In this document: one piece after another, positions 8,357-16,615 of the stretch | Numbering within the stretch: position 1 is the first letter of the stretch | Layout of the letters: each line of letters starts with the position of its first letter | Source of the DNA: Candidatus Micrarchaeota archaeon | GTDB lineage: Archaea; Micrarchaeota; Micrarchaeia; Anstonellales; Bilamarchaeaceae | Assembly: GCA_022627495.1 (NCBI GenBank) | Contig: JAKEGJ010000021.1 | Span: 78,612 to 142,611 of the forward strand | DNA: 64,000 nt | Reading direction: 5' to 3' | The notes under the pieces: model-generated | Told to the model about the DNA's origin: nothing | The model's database searches: none | The model's input: only the letters and a program-made list of their open reading frames with translations | Position numbers and translations under genes: made by a program

Positions 8357-9331
8357 TCACTTCGGCAGGGCGAGGAACGATTCCGGCACGCTATCCGAAT
8401 AGTATGTGATGTCCGTCCGCTGGTTCACATGCATGTAGCCCCCCGGCGCGTAATCGAAGCGGTAGGATTTCGTCAGGTCCAGGGTGAGGTTCCGGTAGAC
8501 CAGAACCCCGGTGCCATCATCAAGGCATTCCTCTATCGGTTGCGCAAGATGCGAGAGCGACCAGAGAAGGGCACGCTGGTCCGAATCCAGCAGGATGCTG
8601 GAATTCAGGAGGGATTGGGCGTATGCCTGGTTTCCGCTTATCAGGAAACGCTCGCACCGGAATCCGTTCATCTCAGTCCTGCCAGCCCGTTCGAACCGCA
8701 GCAGGCGGGACATGTTCACCGATGCAGGTAATTCCGTCCTTCCGAAATGGGCACAGCTTGAGCGCATCCGGGCAAGGCCGTCGAGGTATGCCTGCCAGCC
8801 CTCGTCCCCGAGGAGGCGCATGGTGCAATCTGGATTGCACTGGTAGATGCGCCCTTCCTTCCAAATCGTGGTGTGGCTGCCTGCGGAAGTGACAAGCACC
8901 TTTTTCATCCAGTCGCCGCGCACGTATGTCCGCGTGGTCTGGTTATGCGAGTATTCGCCAAGGAACATGCCGGCGGCGGTTTCTTCCGTGCCGGAAAGCC
9001 CCTCCATGCTGCCTGCCGAGACGTCTTCCGCCTCAATCAAAAAATCTCCCGAAAGCGTCCGGCAGGAGAGGTTTTTCAGGCTGTAATAGAGCTGGGCTTC
9101 AGGCGGCATCGCCTGGGCGGGAGTCTGGTTCTCGGCTGGGTGCGGGGGAGTAAGATTCTGGAAATTTAACAGCCCGGACAGTCCGGACGGAATGCTGGCA
9201 TTCAGCGAACGCAGATAATCGATGGCACCGGGCCCAAGGACCAGCAAAACCGGGATGAATGCGGCAATCATGATGAGCAGGATGATTGGGAGCGCCTCGA
9301 ACGCGCTTATGTTGTCCTTGTAGCGGCGCAT
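8357..9331 (-). CDS. Hypothetical N-terminally membrane-anchored extracytoplasmic protein
   Basis: It has a single N-terminal hydrophobic helix ALPIILLIMIAAFIPVLLVLG after MRRYKDNISAFE, several N-x-S/T sequons and 6 Cys. I recognised no family. Confidence 0.55.
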   Translation of the reverse strand: MRRYKDNISAFEALPIILLIMIAAFIPVLLVLGPGAIDYLRSLNASIPSGLSGLLNFQNLTPPHPAENQTPAQAMPPEAQLYYSLKNLSCRTLSGDFLIEAEDVSAGSMEGLSGTEETAAGMFLGEYSHNQTTRTYVRGDWMKKVLVTSAGSHTTIWKEGRIYQCNPDCTMRLLGDEGWQAYLDGLARMRSSCAHFGRTELPASVNMSRLLRFERAGRTEMNGFRCERFLISGNQAYAQSLLNSSILLDSDQRALLWSLSHLAQPIEECLDDGTGVLVYRNLTLDLTKSYRFDYAPGGYMHVNQRTDITYYSDSVPESFLALPK

Positions 9332-9381
9332 ATGCCTGAATGCGAGCGGAAAGTTTAGAATGGTTGGTTTCGGAGAGTGAT

Positions 9382-10470
9382 ATGATGGACAGGTTCATGA
9401 AGCAGGCATTCCGTTTAGCGAGGAAAGCAAATCCTTACCCGAATCCCCGTGTCGGTGCCGTCCTTGTGAAGGGAGGCGAAATTATCGGGGCGGGCTTCCA
9501 CAAAGCGCCGGGAAAGCCCCATGCCGAAATTGAGGCAATCCGGGACGCGAAACACAGGACCAAAAACCCGCATGCTGCGCGCGGCGCCACGCTCTATGTC
9601 ACCCTTGAGCCGTGCTCCCACACAGCGAAACGGACGCCGCCATGCACGAAGGCGATAATCCGCGAGGGCATCGCCGAGGTGGCCTTTGCCATGAAGGACC
9701 CGAACCCTCTTGTTTGCGGGGCTGGGGCGAAGGAGCTTGCAGGTGCGGGCGTCAGGGTGCGCGGGCCCACGGATACGGAGGCCGCGGGCGCCCTGAACCG
9801 CCGCTACATGGCCGCCATAACGAAGAGGCCCCTCGTCGCGATTAAGATGGCGATGAGCGCTGACGGGAAAACAGCCACCCGCACCGGCGATTCGCGCTGG
9901 ATAAGCTGCCCCGAATCCAGGGCGCTCGTGCACAGGATGCGCGCGGAATACGATGCGGTCATGGTTGGTGCGGGAACAATCGAAACCGACGACCCGGAAC
10001 TCACAACACACGGGAAGGGGCGGGACCCGTGCCGGATAATAATTGACGGGCGCCTCAGGATTGGGACGGGGGCTGGCGCAGTCCGGAACCGGGATGGGAA
10101 GACAATCGTTGTCATATCCGAAAACGCCGACAGGGCGAAAGCGCTCGCCATCCAAAGATGCGGCGCCCGCGTGCTCGTCTGCGGAAGGGATGATGTCGAT
10201 TTGAAAAAGCTCATGGTTGCGCTGTCAGCGCTCGGCATCAGGAAAATCCTGATTGAGGGCGGAAGCGGATTGAACGCGAAGGCCCTCGAAGCGGGCATAG
10301 TGGACAGGCTCTTCCTCTTCATCGCTCCGAAAATAATCGGCGGGCGCGGGGCAAAGCCGGTCGTGGGCGGAATCGGCATCGAATCGATGAAAGACGCCAT
10401 TATGCTGGATGGGATGACGGTCAGGAGGGTGGGCAGGGACGTTTTGCTCGAGGCCCGCCTCAGCCGCTGA
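9382..10470 (+). CDS. ribD: Bifunctional diaminohydroxyphosphoribosylaminopyrimidine deaminase / 5-amino-6-(5-phosphoribosylamino)uracil reductase
   Basis: The deaminase zinc motifs HAEIEAI and TLEPCSH...PPC are followed by a RibD C-terminal reductase domain (VAIKMAMSADGK ... GGSGLN). The ATG is at 9382. Confidence 0.85.
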   Translation: MMDRFMKQAFRLARKANPYPNPRVGAVLVKGGEIIGAGFHKAPGKPHAEIEAIRDAKHRTKNPHAARGATLYVTLEPCSHTAKRTPPCTKAIIREGIAEVAFAMKDPNPLVCGAGAKELAGAGVRVRGPTDTEAAGALNRRYMAAITKRPLVAIKMAMSADGKTATRTGDSRWISCPESRALVHRMRAEYDAVMVGAGTIETDDPELTTHGKGRDPCRIIIDGRLRIGTGAGAVRNRDGKTIVVISENADRAKALAIQRCGARVLVCGRDDVDLKKLMVALSALGIRKILIEGGSGLNAKALEAGIVDRLFLFIAPKIIGGRGAKPVVGGIGIESMKDAIMLDGMTVRRVGRDVLLEARLSR

Positions 10471-11620
10471 TGTTCTGGTATCCCAGTCCGCCAAGAAGAT
10501 CGTGCGCACGGAAGACGAACGAGCCGTCGGGCTCTATCGTATTGCTCTCGTTTAACCAGACCTCCGGGAACTTGTAGTAGTACTTGACCTCGTCCGAGAA
10601 GATGAGGGCGGGTATCTTCGTGATGTTGTACTTTTCCAGAAGCGCCATGCCCTCAATCGAATCCGCCTCATATGTTTTCTCGCTGACAATCACCACGCCG
10701 TTCGTCTGCGCAAGATAGCCCGAAAGCGTGCTGATGTTGAAGCAATCGGAGCAGGATGAATTGACAAGGTAGGTCGCGTTGACCAGGCCGCGGACTGAGC
10801 GGTTGTCCGCAAGGTCCACATAAGGCGGCACCATGTCGCGAAGGATAAACCATCCGTCCTCTATCGTCCCCATTTGCCTTATCTGCTCGAACACAGGATA
10901 AGCGGACGCCCCGTCCTCGGCGATTAGGAGCGCCGGGAGCTTGGTTATATTGTACTGCGCAATCAGCGCCTGGGCGCGGCTGTCGTTCTCGTCGTAAACG
11001 CTTTTGTTTATGAATGCCATGGAGACGGGCGGGCTTTCCAAAGATGAGATGAACAGGGCTGGGTCCCCGCACTCCATGCAGCCGGATGCCCGGATGCCGA
11101 TGGCCATTGCCAGCCCCACCACGGTCCGGTTCGTTATGTCATAATACGGGGGGTAATCAAACCGCGTAACAAGCGCGCTTGCGCCTTCGAGCGTCCCTAT
11201 GCTCTCGGTCCAGGCGCTGACGAATTCCGCATCCCGGGCTACATCGCCCTCGATAATGACCGCCGGAAGCGTGGTCAGGTTGTAATTTGATATGAGCGCC
11301 TGCGCTTCCGGGGAGTCCGCGGGAAGCCGCACCGCCTTATCGACCTGCAGGAACTCGGATTTCAGCAGAACAGCCTTGGCCTGCTCAAGCATCTGCCCCT
11401 CGGCGTTGCAGATGTCGCACCCGGGCGCTTCCACCATGGTCAGGTTCACAAGGCCAGACTCGAGAATCGGGGGCATTGTGTCATTTTCGGGCCCGGGATT
11501 TTCCGGGATTTCGGGGAGGCTCCCGGACTGGGGCTCGGGCTGGAGGAATACGAAGAAAACCGCGAACCCGATGACTATGCCCATGACGAGCCAGAGCAGT
11601 GCCTTGAAGTAGAATTCCAT
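10460..11620 (-). CDS. Membrane-anchored protein with three tandem thioredoxin-like domains
   Basis: An N-terminal TM helix is followed by three repeats. Each repeat has a CxxC (APGCDIC, ASGCMEC, NSSCSDC), followed 40-60 aa later by a cis-Pro-type motif (YNLTTLPAVII, YNITKLPALLI, YNITKIPALIF). Confidence 0.6.
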   Translation of the reverse strand: MEFYFKALLWLVMGIVIGFAVFFVFLQPEPQSGSLPEIPENPGPENDTMPPILESGLVNLTMVEAPGCDICNAEGQMLEQAKAVLLKSEFLQVDKAVRLPADSPEAQALISNYNLTTLPAVIIEGDVARDAEFVSAWTESIGTLEGASALVTRFDYPPYYDITNRTVVGLAMAIGIRASGCMECGDPALFISSLESPPVSMAFINKSVYDENDSRAQALIAQYNITKLPALLIAEDGASAYPVFEQIRQMGTIEDGWFILRDMVPPYVDLADNRSVRGLVNATYLVNSSCSDCFNISTLSGYLAQTNGVVIVSEKTYEADSIEGMALLEKYNITKIPALIFSDEVKYYYKFPEVWLNESNTIEPDGSFVFRAHDLLGGLGYQNISG

Positions 11621-11718
11621 GCCATCATCTGCGCTGAATTCGCCGCACCGATATTATTAAAATGATACCTATCATAAATGGAAAACTACTGACTGCTCAT
11701 TTTACTTCCTGTGATGAC

Positions 11719-12243
11719 ATGACGGACGAGGAGACGTTGAAGGCCAAGATTGAAGAGCTCGAAAAGAAGAAGGGGGAGCTCATCGACCGCATCAAGCAGC
11801 TGAACCGCCGCATCAGGTACAAGAAGTTCGAGCAGAAGGCGCTCGAGCCGTTCCTGGAGCAGACCAAGGACGTCCAGATCGCCCCGTACCGGAAGCAGAA
11901 GAGGGCGCTCGAATTCCGAATTGCCACCGCGGCTTACACTCCGAAGATGGAAAAGGAGCTCATCAAGCAGCTCAAGAAGATTGACGAGGAGCTCGACAAG
12001 GTTAAGGAAGTCGAGCGCGCGCGGCGCAAAATCAGGTACGTGGAGCAGGACATCCTGGATGGCGAGACCGAAATCGGAAAGATAGAGACCGACCTTAAAG
12101 TCATCCGCGACGAATTGCGCAAGCTCTACGACGAGATGAAGGGCTTCAGGATAACCGCCAGGAAGCAGGCGGCGGCGCAGGCCCGGGCCGACGAGGACCT
12201 GGTCGCACTGGGCGATTTGGCCATGATAGAGAAGGAAGACTAG
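11719..12243 (+). CDS. Conserved archaeal coiled-coil protein (COG1340-like)
   Basis: The protein is heptad-rich and highly charged. The segment ALEFRIATAAYTPKMEKELIKQLKKIDEEL resembles the signature of archaeal coiled-coil proteins as I remember it. ATG at 11719 is preferred over 11662. Confidence 0.5.
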   Translation: MTDEETLKAKIEELEKKKGELIDRIKQLNRRIRYKKFEQKALEPFLEQTKDVQIAPYRKQKRALEFRIATAAYTPKMEKELIKQLKKIDEELDKVKEVERARRKIRYVEQDILDGETEIGKIETDLKVIRDELRKLYDEMKGFRITARKQAAAQARADEDLVALGDLAMIEKED

Positions 12244-12268
12244 ATACGCGCAGGGCCTTTTCTCGGAC

Positions 12269-12697
12269 TTATTTCATTTTATCCAGCTGTGCAAGCGCAT
12301 CGGCGACGATTTTCCCATGGTCAGCGCATAATTTCGGCATCTTGCCCAATTCAAACCATTTCGCCTCTGCCGCATCGTCCCCGCCTTTCACCGTCCCGCC
12401 GGTGCGCCGCACAAGATACGCTGCGGCGATTATCCCCCGCGGGTCGCGCTTCGGGTCAGAGTAGATGCCGACAAGCATGATGATTTCGATGTCAAGGCCG
12501 GTCTCATCCTTCATCTCGCGCCGGGCGCATTCTTCAGCGCTCTCGCCGTCCTCTATTCGGCCGCCGGGGGCGGCCCATTCGCCAAGGAACGGCTCGCGGC
12601 CGCGCCGGACAAGGAGGATTTTCCCGTCTTCAACAAGAACCATGTCGCATGCGAAAGGCCTCATGTTTGACACCTTATGGGTCGGCCCACGCGGCAT
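12269..12697 (-). CDS. NUDIX hydrolase
   Basis: A Nudix box GGRIEDGESAEECARREMKDETGL (G.5E.7REU.EE.GU) is present. Confidence 0.8.
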   Translation of the reverse strand: MPRGPTHKVSNMRPFACDMVLVEDGKILLVRRGREPFLGEWAAPGGRIEDGESAEECARREMKDETGLDIEIIMLVGIYSDPKRDPRGIIAAAYLVRRTGGTVKGGDDAAEAKWFELGKMPKLCADHGKIVADALAQLDKMK

Positions 12698-12766
12698 CAG
12701 TAGCCATCAGTCCGCGTGCCCTTTGGATATTGAAGAGAAGCCACGAATGGCTTAAGAATGAGAACA

Positions 12767-13027
12767 CTAACGTAAAACCTTAACGTCCCAGATGAACTTG
12801 CTGCGCGTAGGCACTGCATCCACCTTCACGCTGATGCCATAGTCGTTGTTGCGGATGAGGGCGTTCAGGTCTGCGAGCATCTTGTCGTCCACCGGGTCCG
12901 TGTTAACCCAGGAGCAGGACTTGCGCGTTATGATGCAGTCTGCGATGATTAGGGCGTCGTGGTCGGTGATGCCGACACCCATAAGCTCTGCGATTATCGC
13001 TTCTGACCGGTCTGCCATGCATTGCAT
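12767..13027 (-). CDS. Hypothetical small protein
   Basis: This is an 86-aa ORF in the same orientation as its neighbours. I recognised no family. Confidence 0.4.
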   Translation of the reverse strand: MQCMADRSEAIIAELMGVGITDHDALIIADCIITRKSCSWVNTDPVDDKMLADLNALIRNNDYGISVKVDAVPTRSKFIWDVKVLR

Positions 13028-13066
13028 TTGCGAAATAAGGTTTAAATTACAGCATGCGGGGGACGG

Positions 13067-13510
13067 CTAGAACATCCTGCTCTGGCCGGCAGAAGGCGCG
13101 ACTTCCGCAAGTACCCGGAGCACCCGCTCCCACGAAGGGTCCGTAATGGTTTTGGGGACCGCCCGGCCGTCCAGAAGCACGCCTGCGGCAAGCTCAACCA
13201 TCTTCTTTGCGCTCTCTTCGCAGCAGGCCTCCCGGCGTATAGGGACCACGAGTTCCAGGAGGAGGGCCGCATCTTCCTTCGAAAGCGTCAGCTTATTGCG
13301 GTATCCCTTCCCGTAGCCGCATGCGACTGCCATATAGGACTCTTCTGAAGTGCTGATGGCGTTAGCGGTCGGGCGCTTGTCCGATGAAAGCACCCTGAGG
13401 CCTTCTTCGAGGGTTGCGAATGTTTCGCCGCTCTTTTTCCACGCGGAAACTACGTATCCCATCGCCTTCTTCTGCCTGTCAGTGAGATTGTTCAGTTTTG
13501 AGCCTGCCAT
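13067..13510 (-). CDS. Hypothetical protein with a possible N-terminal HTH
   Basis: This is a 147-aa ORF. Its N-terminal LTDRQKKAMGYVVSAWKKSGETFATLEEGLRVL loosely resembles sigma-r4/LuxR-type HTH segments (L.ERQ...-turn-...EIA). A TATA-like TTTTTATAA (minus strand, 13532-13540) lies about 25 nt upstream of the ATG. Confidence 0.5.
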   Translation of the reverse strand: MAGSKLNNLTDRQKKAMGYVVSAWKKSGETFATLEEGLRVLSSDKRPTANAISTSEESYMAVACGYGKGYRNKLTLSKEDAALLLELVVPIRREACCEESAKKMVELAAGVLLDGRAVPKTITDPSWERVLRVLAEVAPSAGQSRMF

Positions 13511-13531
13511 GGCGATATAGTGGTTAGTAGG

Positions 13532-13540
13532 TTATAAAAA
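13532..13540 (-). promoter_or_regulatory. TATA-like box for the 13067-13510 gene
   Basis: TTTTTATAA on the minus strand lies 22-30 nt upstream of the ATG at 13510. Confidence 0.4.
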
Positions 13541-13586
13541 TGTTGATAATTGGGCCTTTTGGCTTATGCCCTTCTTATGGCAACAA

Positions 13587-13706
13587 CAAAGAACGGCAAT
13601 CCGTTCTTTGTGCGTCATGGACGGTCCGCCCCGTCCATGCCGACCCCGGGAATGCTCATGAACGGCGCGCCGTTCATTGCGCCCATGGAACGAATCGTCG
13701 TTCCAT
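13587..13706. repeat. Array of four related perfect hairpins/palindromes
   Basis: H1 is 13587-13610, CAAAGAACGG-caat-CCGTTCTTTG. H2 is 13616-13639, CATGGACGG-tccgcc-CCGTCCATG. H3 is 13658-13677, ATGAACGGCGCGCCGTTCAT (a perfect 20-nt palindrome). H4 is 13685-13706, ATGGAACGA-atcg-TCGTTCCAT. The shared half-site is about CATGRAACGG. Confidence 0.85.
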
Positions 13707-13911
13707 AGGGAAGTCCTGAGACCACACAAAAGCCGGTGTATATACGGACGATGTTTGATGAAAATTTGGCCGGTGTTTATACGGTGAAAATTTTCGGTCA
13801 GACGCTGTTGACGTCATCATATTGCCCGGACGGCGTAGGAAGCCGCTTGAACCCGGGCCATCAGAGGTTGTTCACGTCATCATTCCGTATTCAATTGGCA
13901 TGAAGGCGGAT

Positions 13912-14514
13912 TTAAACCTGCGGTTTCTCGGCTTTGATGAGGAAGATGCTTTCGAAGAAGAAGTTCTCGCTGTCCATCATCCGGACCTTGTAGCCCATGC
14001 TTTCCAGTTTCGACTGCGTCTTCTCGATTCCGTTCAGGCTGCTCTGGATGAGGAGGAGCGTGCCTCCGGGCTTCAGGTATTGGTCGAATTCGCCAAGGAA
14101 GCGGTCCAGCACCTTCCGGCCGTCCGCCCCGCCGTCGAAAGCGTGGTTGAGCGGTCCTTCGACGCGCTCCGCGTCGTCTGTGGGCAGGTAGGGGGGGTTG
14201 AATATGACGGCATCGAACCGCTGAACCCCGACCTTGGAAAATAGGTCGCTCACCAGAAAAAGCGCGTTCGAAAGCCTGTTCCTGCCCGCGTTCTGCTCTG
14301 AGCAGCGGACTGCTGAAAGGCTGATGTCCACGCCCAGGACGAAGTTTTCCGAATCGGCCTTCGCGCACGCAAGCGAAACGATGCCGCTTCCGCACCCCAC
14401 TTCCAGGATGCTGCCCCGCAGGTATGATGCCGCCTCGGCCAGCAGCTCGGAATCGTCAGACGGCGGATAGACATCGTCGGGGACATGGATGGCAATGCCC
14501 TTGTAGGATTCCAT
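13912..14514 (-). CDS. N5-glutamine methyltransferase (HemK/PrmC/Mtq2-like)
   Basis: It has the SAM-binding motif ILEVGCGSGIVSL and the catalytic motif FNPPYLP (NPPY). The size is typical of archaeal Mtq2-like enzymes. Confidence 0.75.
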   Translation of the reverse strand: MESYKGIAIHVPDDVYPPSDDSELLAEAASYLRGSILEVGCGSGIVSLACAKADSENFVLGVDISLSAVRCSEQNAGRNRLSNALFLVSDLFSKVGVQRFDAVIFNPPYLPTDDAERVEGPLNHAFDGGADGRKVLDRFLGEFDQYLKPGGTLLLIQSSLNGIEKTQSKLESMGYKVRMMDSENFFFESIFLIKAEKPQV

Positions 14515-14518
14515 GCGA

Positions 14519-14545
14519 TTTTATATGTTGGTTGCAATATAAAAA
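14519..14545. promoter_or_regulatory. Back-to-back TATA-like boxes of a 39-bp divergent intergenic region
   Basis: TTTTATAT (14519-14526) lies about 28 nt upstream of the ribK ATG at 14554. AATATAAAAA (14536-14545, minus strand TTTTTATATT) lies about 22-31 nt upstream of the methyltransferase ATG at 14514. TTGGTTGC (14528-14535) sits between them. Confidence 0.4.
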
Positions 14546-14553
14546 CCGAGTAT

Positions 14554-15180
14554 ATGGACGAGATGCTCATCCTGCTCCTGCGCAGAGGGGCGCATTCCAA
14601 GGCCCTGAGGCTGACAACTGCCGAACTCGGCTCCCTTGCCGGCATGTCCCAGCAGAACGCCTCAAGGAAGCTTGCCCGCCTCGCGGAGGAAGGATACGTC
14701 GAGCGCGGGAGGGAGGGCATCCGGCTGACGAAGAAGGCATACGACGAATCCGCGGCCCTGTTCTCTTCGCTGAAGGCAGTCTTCGAAGGAACGCGCATGG
14801 AAATGGAGGGTACAATCGTCCGGGGCCTGGGCGAAGGGAGCTTCTACATGTCCCTGCCCGGGTATAGGAGGCAGATAAGGGAGAAGCTCGGTTTTGACCC
14901 CTTCCCCGGCACGCTGAATATAAGGCTGGATTCGGAGCAGGCATGGAAAAGGCAGCAGCTTCTCGACAGCGAGCCGATAATAATCCCGGGCTTCCGGGAC
15001 AAGGACCGCACTTACGGCGACCTTTTCGCATTCAGGTGCCGAGTCGGCGGCAGGGAAGGGGCGGTAATCGTCCCCCTGCGGACGCACCACGGGCCGGACA
15101 TCCTGGAAGCGATATTCAGCTTCAACGCGAAAAAGGAGCTGGGGATGGCGGATGGGGAAAGGGTGAAGGTCGTCATATGA
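14554..15180 (+). CDS. ribK: CTP-dependent riboflavin kinase fused to an N-terminal winged-HTH domain (RbkR-like)
   Basis: The C-terminal domain (GEGSFYMSLPGYRRQIREKLGFDPFPGTLNIRL ... PLRTHHGPDILE) matches archaeal RibK. The N-terminal roughly 80 aa (LTTAELGSLAGMSQQNASRKLARLAEEGYVER) is a wHTH. ATG at 14554 avoids overlap with the divergent gene. Confidence 0.8.
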   Translation: MDEMLILLLRRGAHSKALRLTTAELGSLAGMSQQNASRKLARLAEEGYVERGREGIRLTKKAYDESAALFSSLKAVFEGTRMEMEGTIVRGLGEGSFYMSLPGYRRQIREKLGFDPFPGTLNIRLDSEQAWKRQQLLDSEPIIIPGFRDKDRTYGDLFAFRCRVGGREGAVIVPLRTHHGPDILEAIFSFNAKKELGMADGERVKVVI

Positions 15181-16550
15181 TTGTCCTTGAGGGCGTCGTG
15201 AGCCGGGTGAGGTTTTTTCGCGGGAAACGCGACTACGTCCTGACAGACGGAAAGATTGAGCACCAGTTTTTCACGGACGAGCCAGTCCCCCAGGGCGCCT
15301 GCGTCGTCATCGAAGGCGAGATGGCGGTCGGCGGGGTAAGGACAGCGAAAATAGATGTCCTTGGCGGGGAGAGGGAAGAGAGAGCGCTCGCGAAGGTCAA
15401 GGCGAATGTGGCTGCGGCAGCAAACCTTCCGGATGCACCGGCGCTTCTTCGGGACGGGGTTGTCCAGAGCCTTTGGCCTGCGCTGAAAAACGGGGCGCTC
15501 GAGATTGCGCTTGCAAAGAAGCTCGGCCGCTCGGTGATGCTCCGCTTCCATGGCGATGCCGACGGCATCTGCGGCGCGTTCGCGCTCACCTCCGTGCTCC
15601 CGTGCAAGGCATTCCAGCAGAATTCGGCGATATACAGCGTGAAGGAGGCCCTGAGGGACATTGCCGCAATCGGGCAGGAAAGCCGGCCTCTGGTCATCCT
15701 CCTTGATTTCGGCTCGGCTGATGGCTGCGCGGAGGGGCTGGAGCTGCTTCGGGCGGCGGGGATAGACTGCATTGTGATTGACCACCACCCGTATTCCAGG
15801 AAGGGGGACGCGCGGATAATCAATCCGTTTTCGCTGGATGACAATGCCTCGAAATACACCGCGGGCTACCTCGCCTGCGAAGTGGCGGCGGCTTGCGGCC
15901 TTGAGAAGGAAAGGGCGCTTGCCCTGGCCAGGACCGCCTGCGCGGGGGACAAGAGCGACATACTCCAAAGCGGCCCGGAGGATATGAAGAAGGCCATGGT
16001 CCTGGATTTCCTCGCATCCCACGTGTCGTTCGGGAACAACCTCGATTTCTACAAGAAGGTGATGGAGAAGGATGAGCTTTTCTCTTCGATAGCCCAGCAG
16101 GCGGACGATTCCATACGGGATGCGGCTGCCAAGGCGATGTCGAGGATGAAAAAGACGGACGCCGGGCCGCTTTCAATAGCCGTGTTCTCCCTGGAGGGGA
16201 TTGTCGTCAAAGGCGAATGGCCGCCTTCCAGCAAGATAACGACCAGGGTTTTCGACACCCTCAATGGCGCGGCCGCAGGCGGCGGCGCGGAGAAGCCCCT
16301 CTTTTGCATAGGATACACCGAGCGCTCGGTGATAATGAGGCTGAATGGCAGCGCCGTTTCGCTCGGCCTGTCCGCAAACGATTTGGCCGGGCGGATCAGG
16401 AAGAGCATGGCGGATTTCGTCGAGGGCGGCGGTGGGCATGTGAAAGCGGGCGCGGTGAGGGCCCGCGAGGGGTTCGCAAGGGAAGTGGTAAACGAACTCA
16501 TCCGCGATGCATCAATCATCGCAGCCGGCGGGAGCGGGAAGGAGCAGTAA
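15177..16550 (+). CDS. DHH/DHHA1 family phosphoesterase (RecJ/NrnA-like) with an N-terminal OB-like domain
   Basis: It has the motifs FHGDADGICGA, VIDHHP and GGGGHVKAGA (GGGH of DHHA1). The start ATG overlaps the ribK stop as ATGA. Confidence 0.7.
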   Translation: MIVLEGVVSRVRFFRGKRDYVLTDGKIEHQFFTDEPVPQGACVVIEGEMAVGGVRTAKIDVLGGEREERALAKVKANVAAAANLPDAPALLRDGVVQSLWPALKNGALEIALAKKLGRSVMLRFHGDADGICGAFALTSVLPCKAFQQNSAIYSVKEALRDIAAIGQESRPLVILLDFGSADGCAEGLELLRAAGIDCIVIDHHPYSRKGDARIINPFSLDDNASKYTAGYLACEVAAACGLEKERALALARTACAGDKSDILQSGPEDMKKAMVLDFLASHVSFGNNLDFYKKVMEKDELFSSIAQQADDSIRDAAAKAMSRMKKTDAGPLSIAVFSLEGIVVKGEWPPSSKITTRVFDTLNGAAAGGGAEKPLFCIGYTERSVIMRLNGSAVSLGLSANDLAGRIRKSMADFVEGGGGHVKAGAVRAREGFAREVVNELIRDASIIAAGGSGKEQ

Positions 16551-16615
16551 GGATTATTAGCGTAACCTCCTGAATAGAACTCATAGCAATGCCAGCGCTA
16601 CTTGTAGGTGAGCGG

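Noticed and set aside
8357-9331. Possible archaeal type IV pilin-like (class III) signal, from MRRYKDNISAFEALPIILLIMIAAF.
   Set aside because: It has no canonical [KR]-G/A cleavage motif and no QxSxE pattern. I treat it as a simple N-terminal anchor.
13587-13706. Possible CRISPR array, given four repeats at roughly 30-40 nt spacing.
   Set aside because: The units are not identical direct repeats. Each is its own perfect palindrome with a different sequence and length, the spacing is irregular, there are only four units, and no cas genes are nearby.
13532-13729. A 65-aa minus-strand ORF, and a 59-aa plus-strand ORF starting at 13540, inside the hairpin region.
   Set aside because: Both are open only because the palindromes read similarly on both strands. 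Their composition is Arg/His/Cys-rich and they have no recognisable motifs or start context.
13700-13745. An RNase P RNA-like signature: GGGAAGTCC resembles CR-I GAGGAAAGUCC, and ACAAAAGCCGGTG resembles CR-V.
   Set aside because: The two elements are only about 10 nt apart and cannot form a P4 helix. The other conserved regions (CR-II, III, IV) are not visible, and the matches are imperfect.
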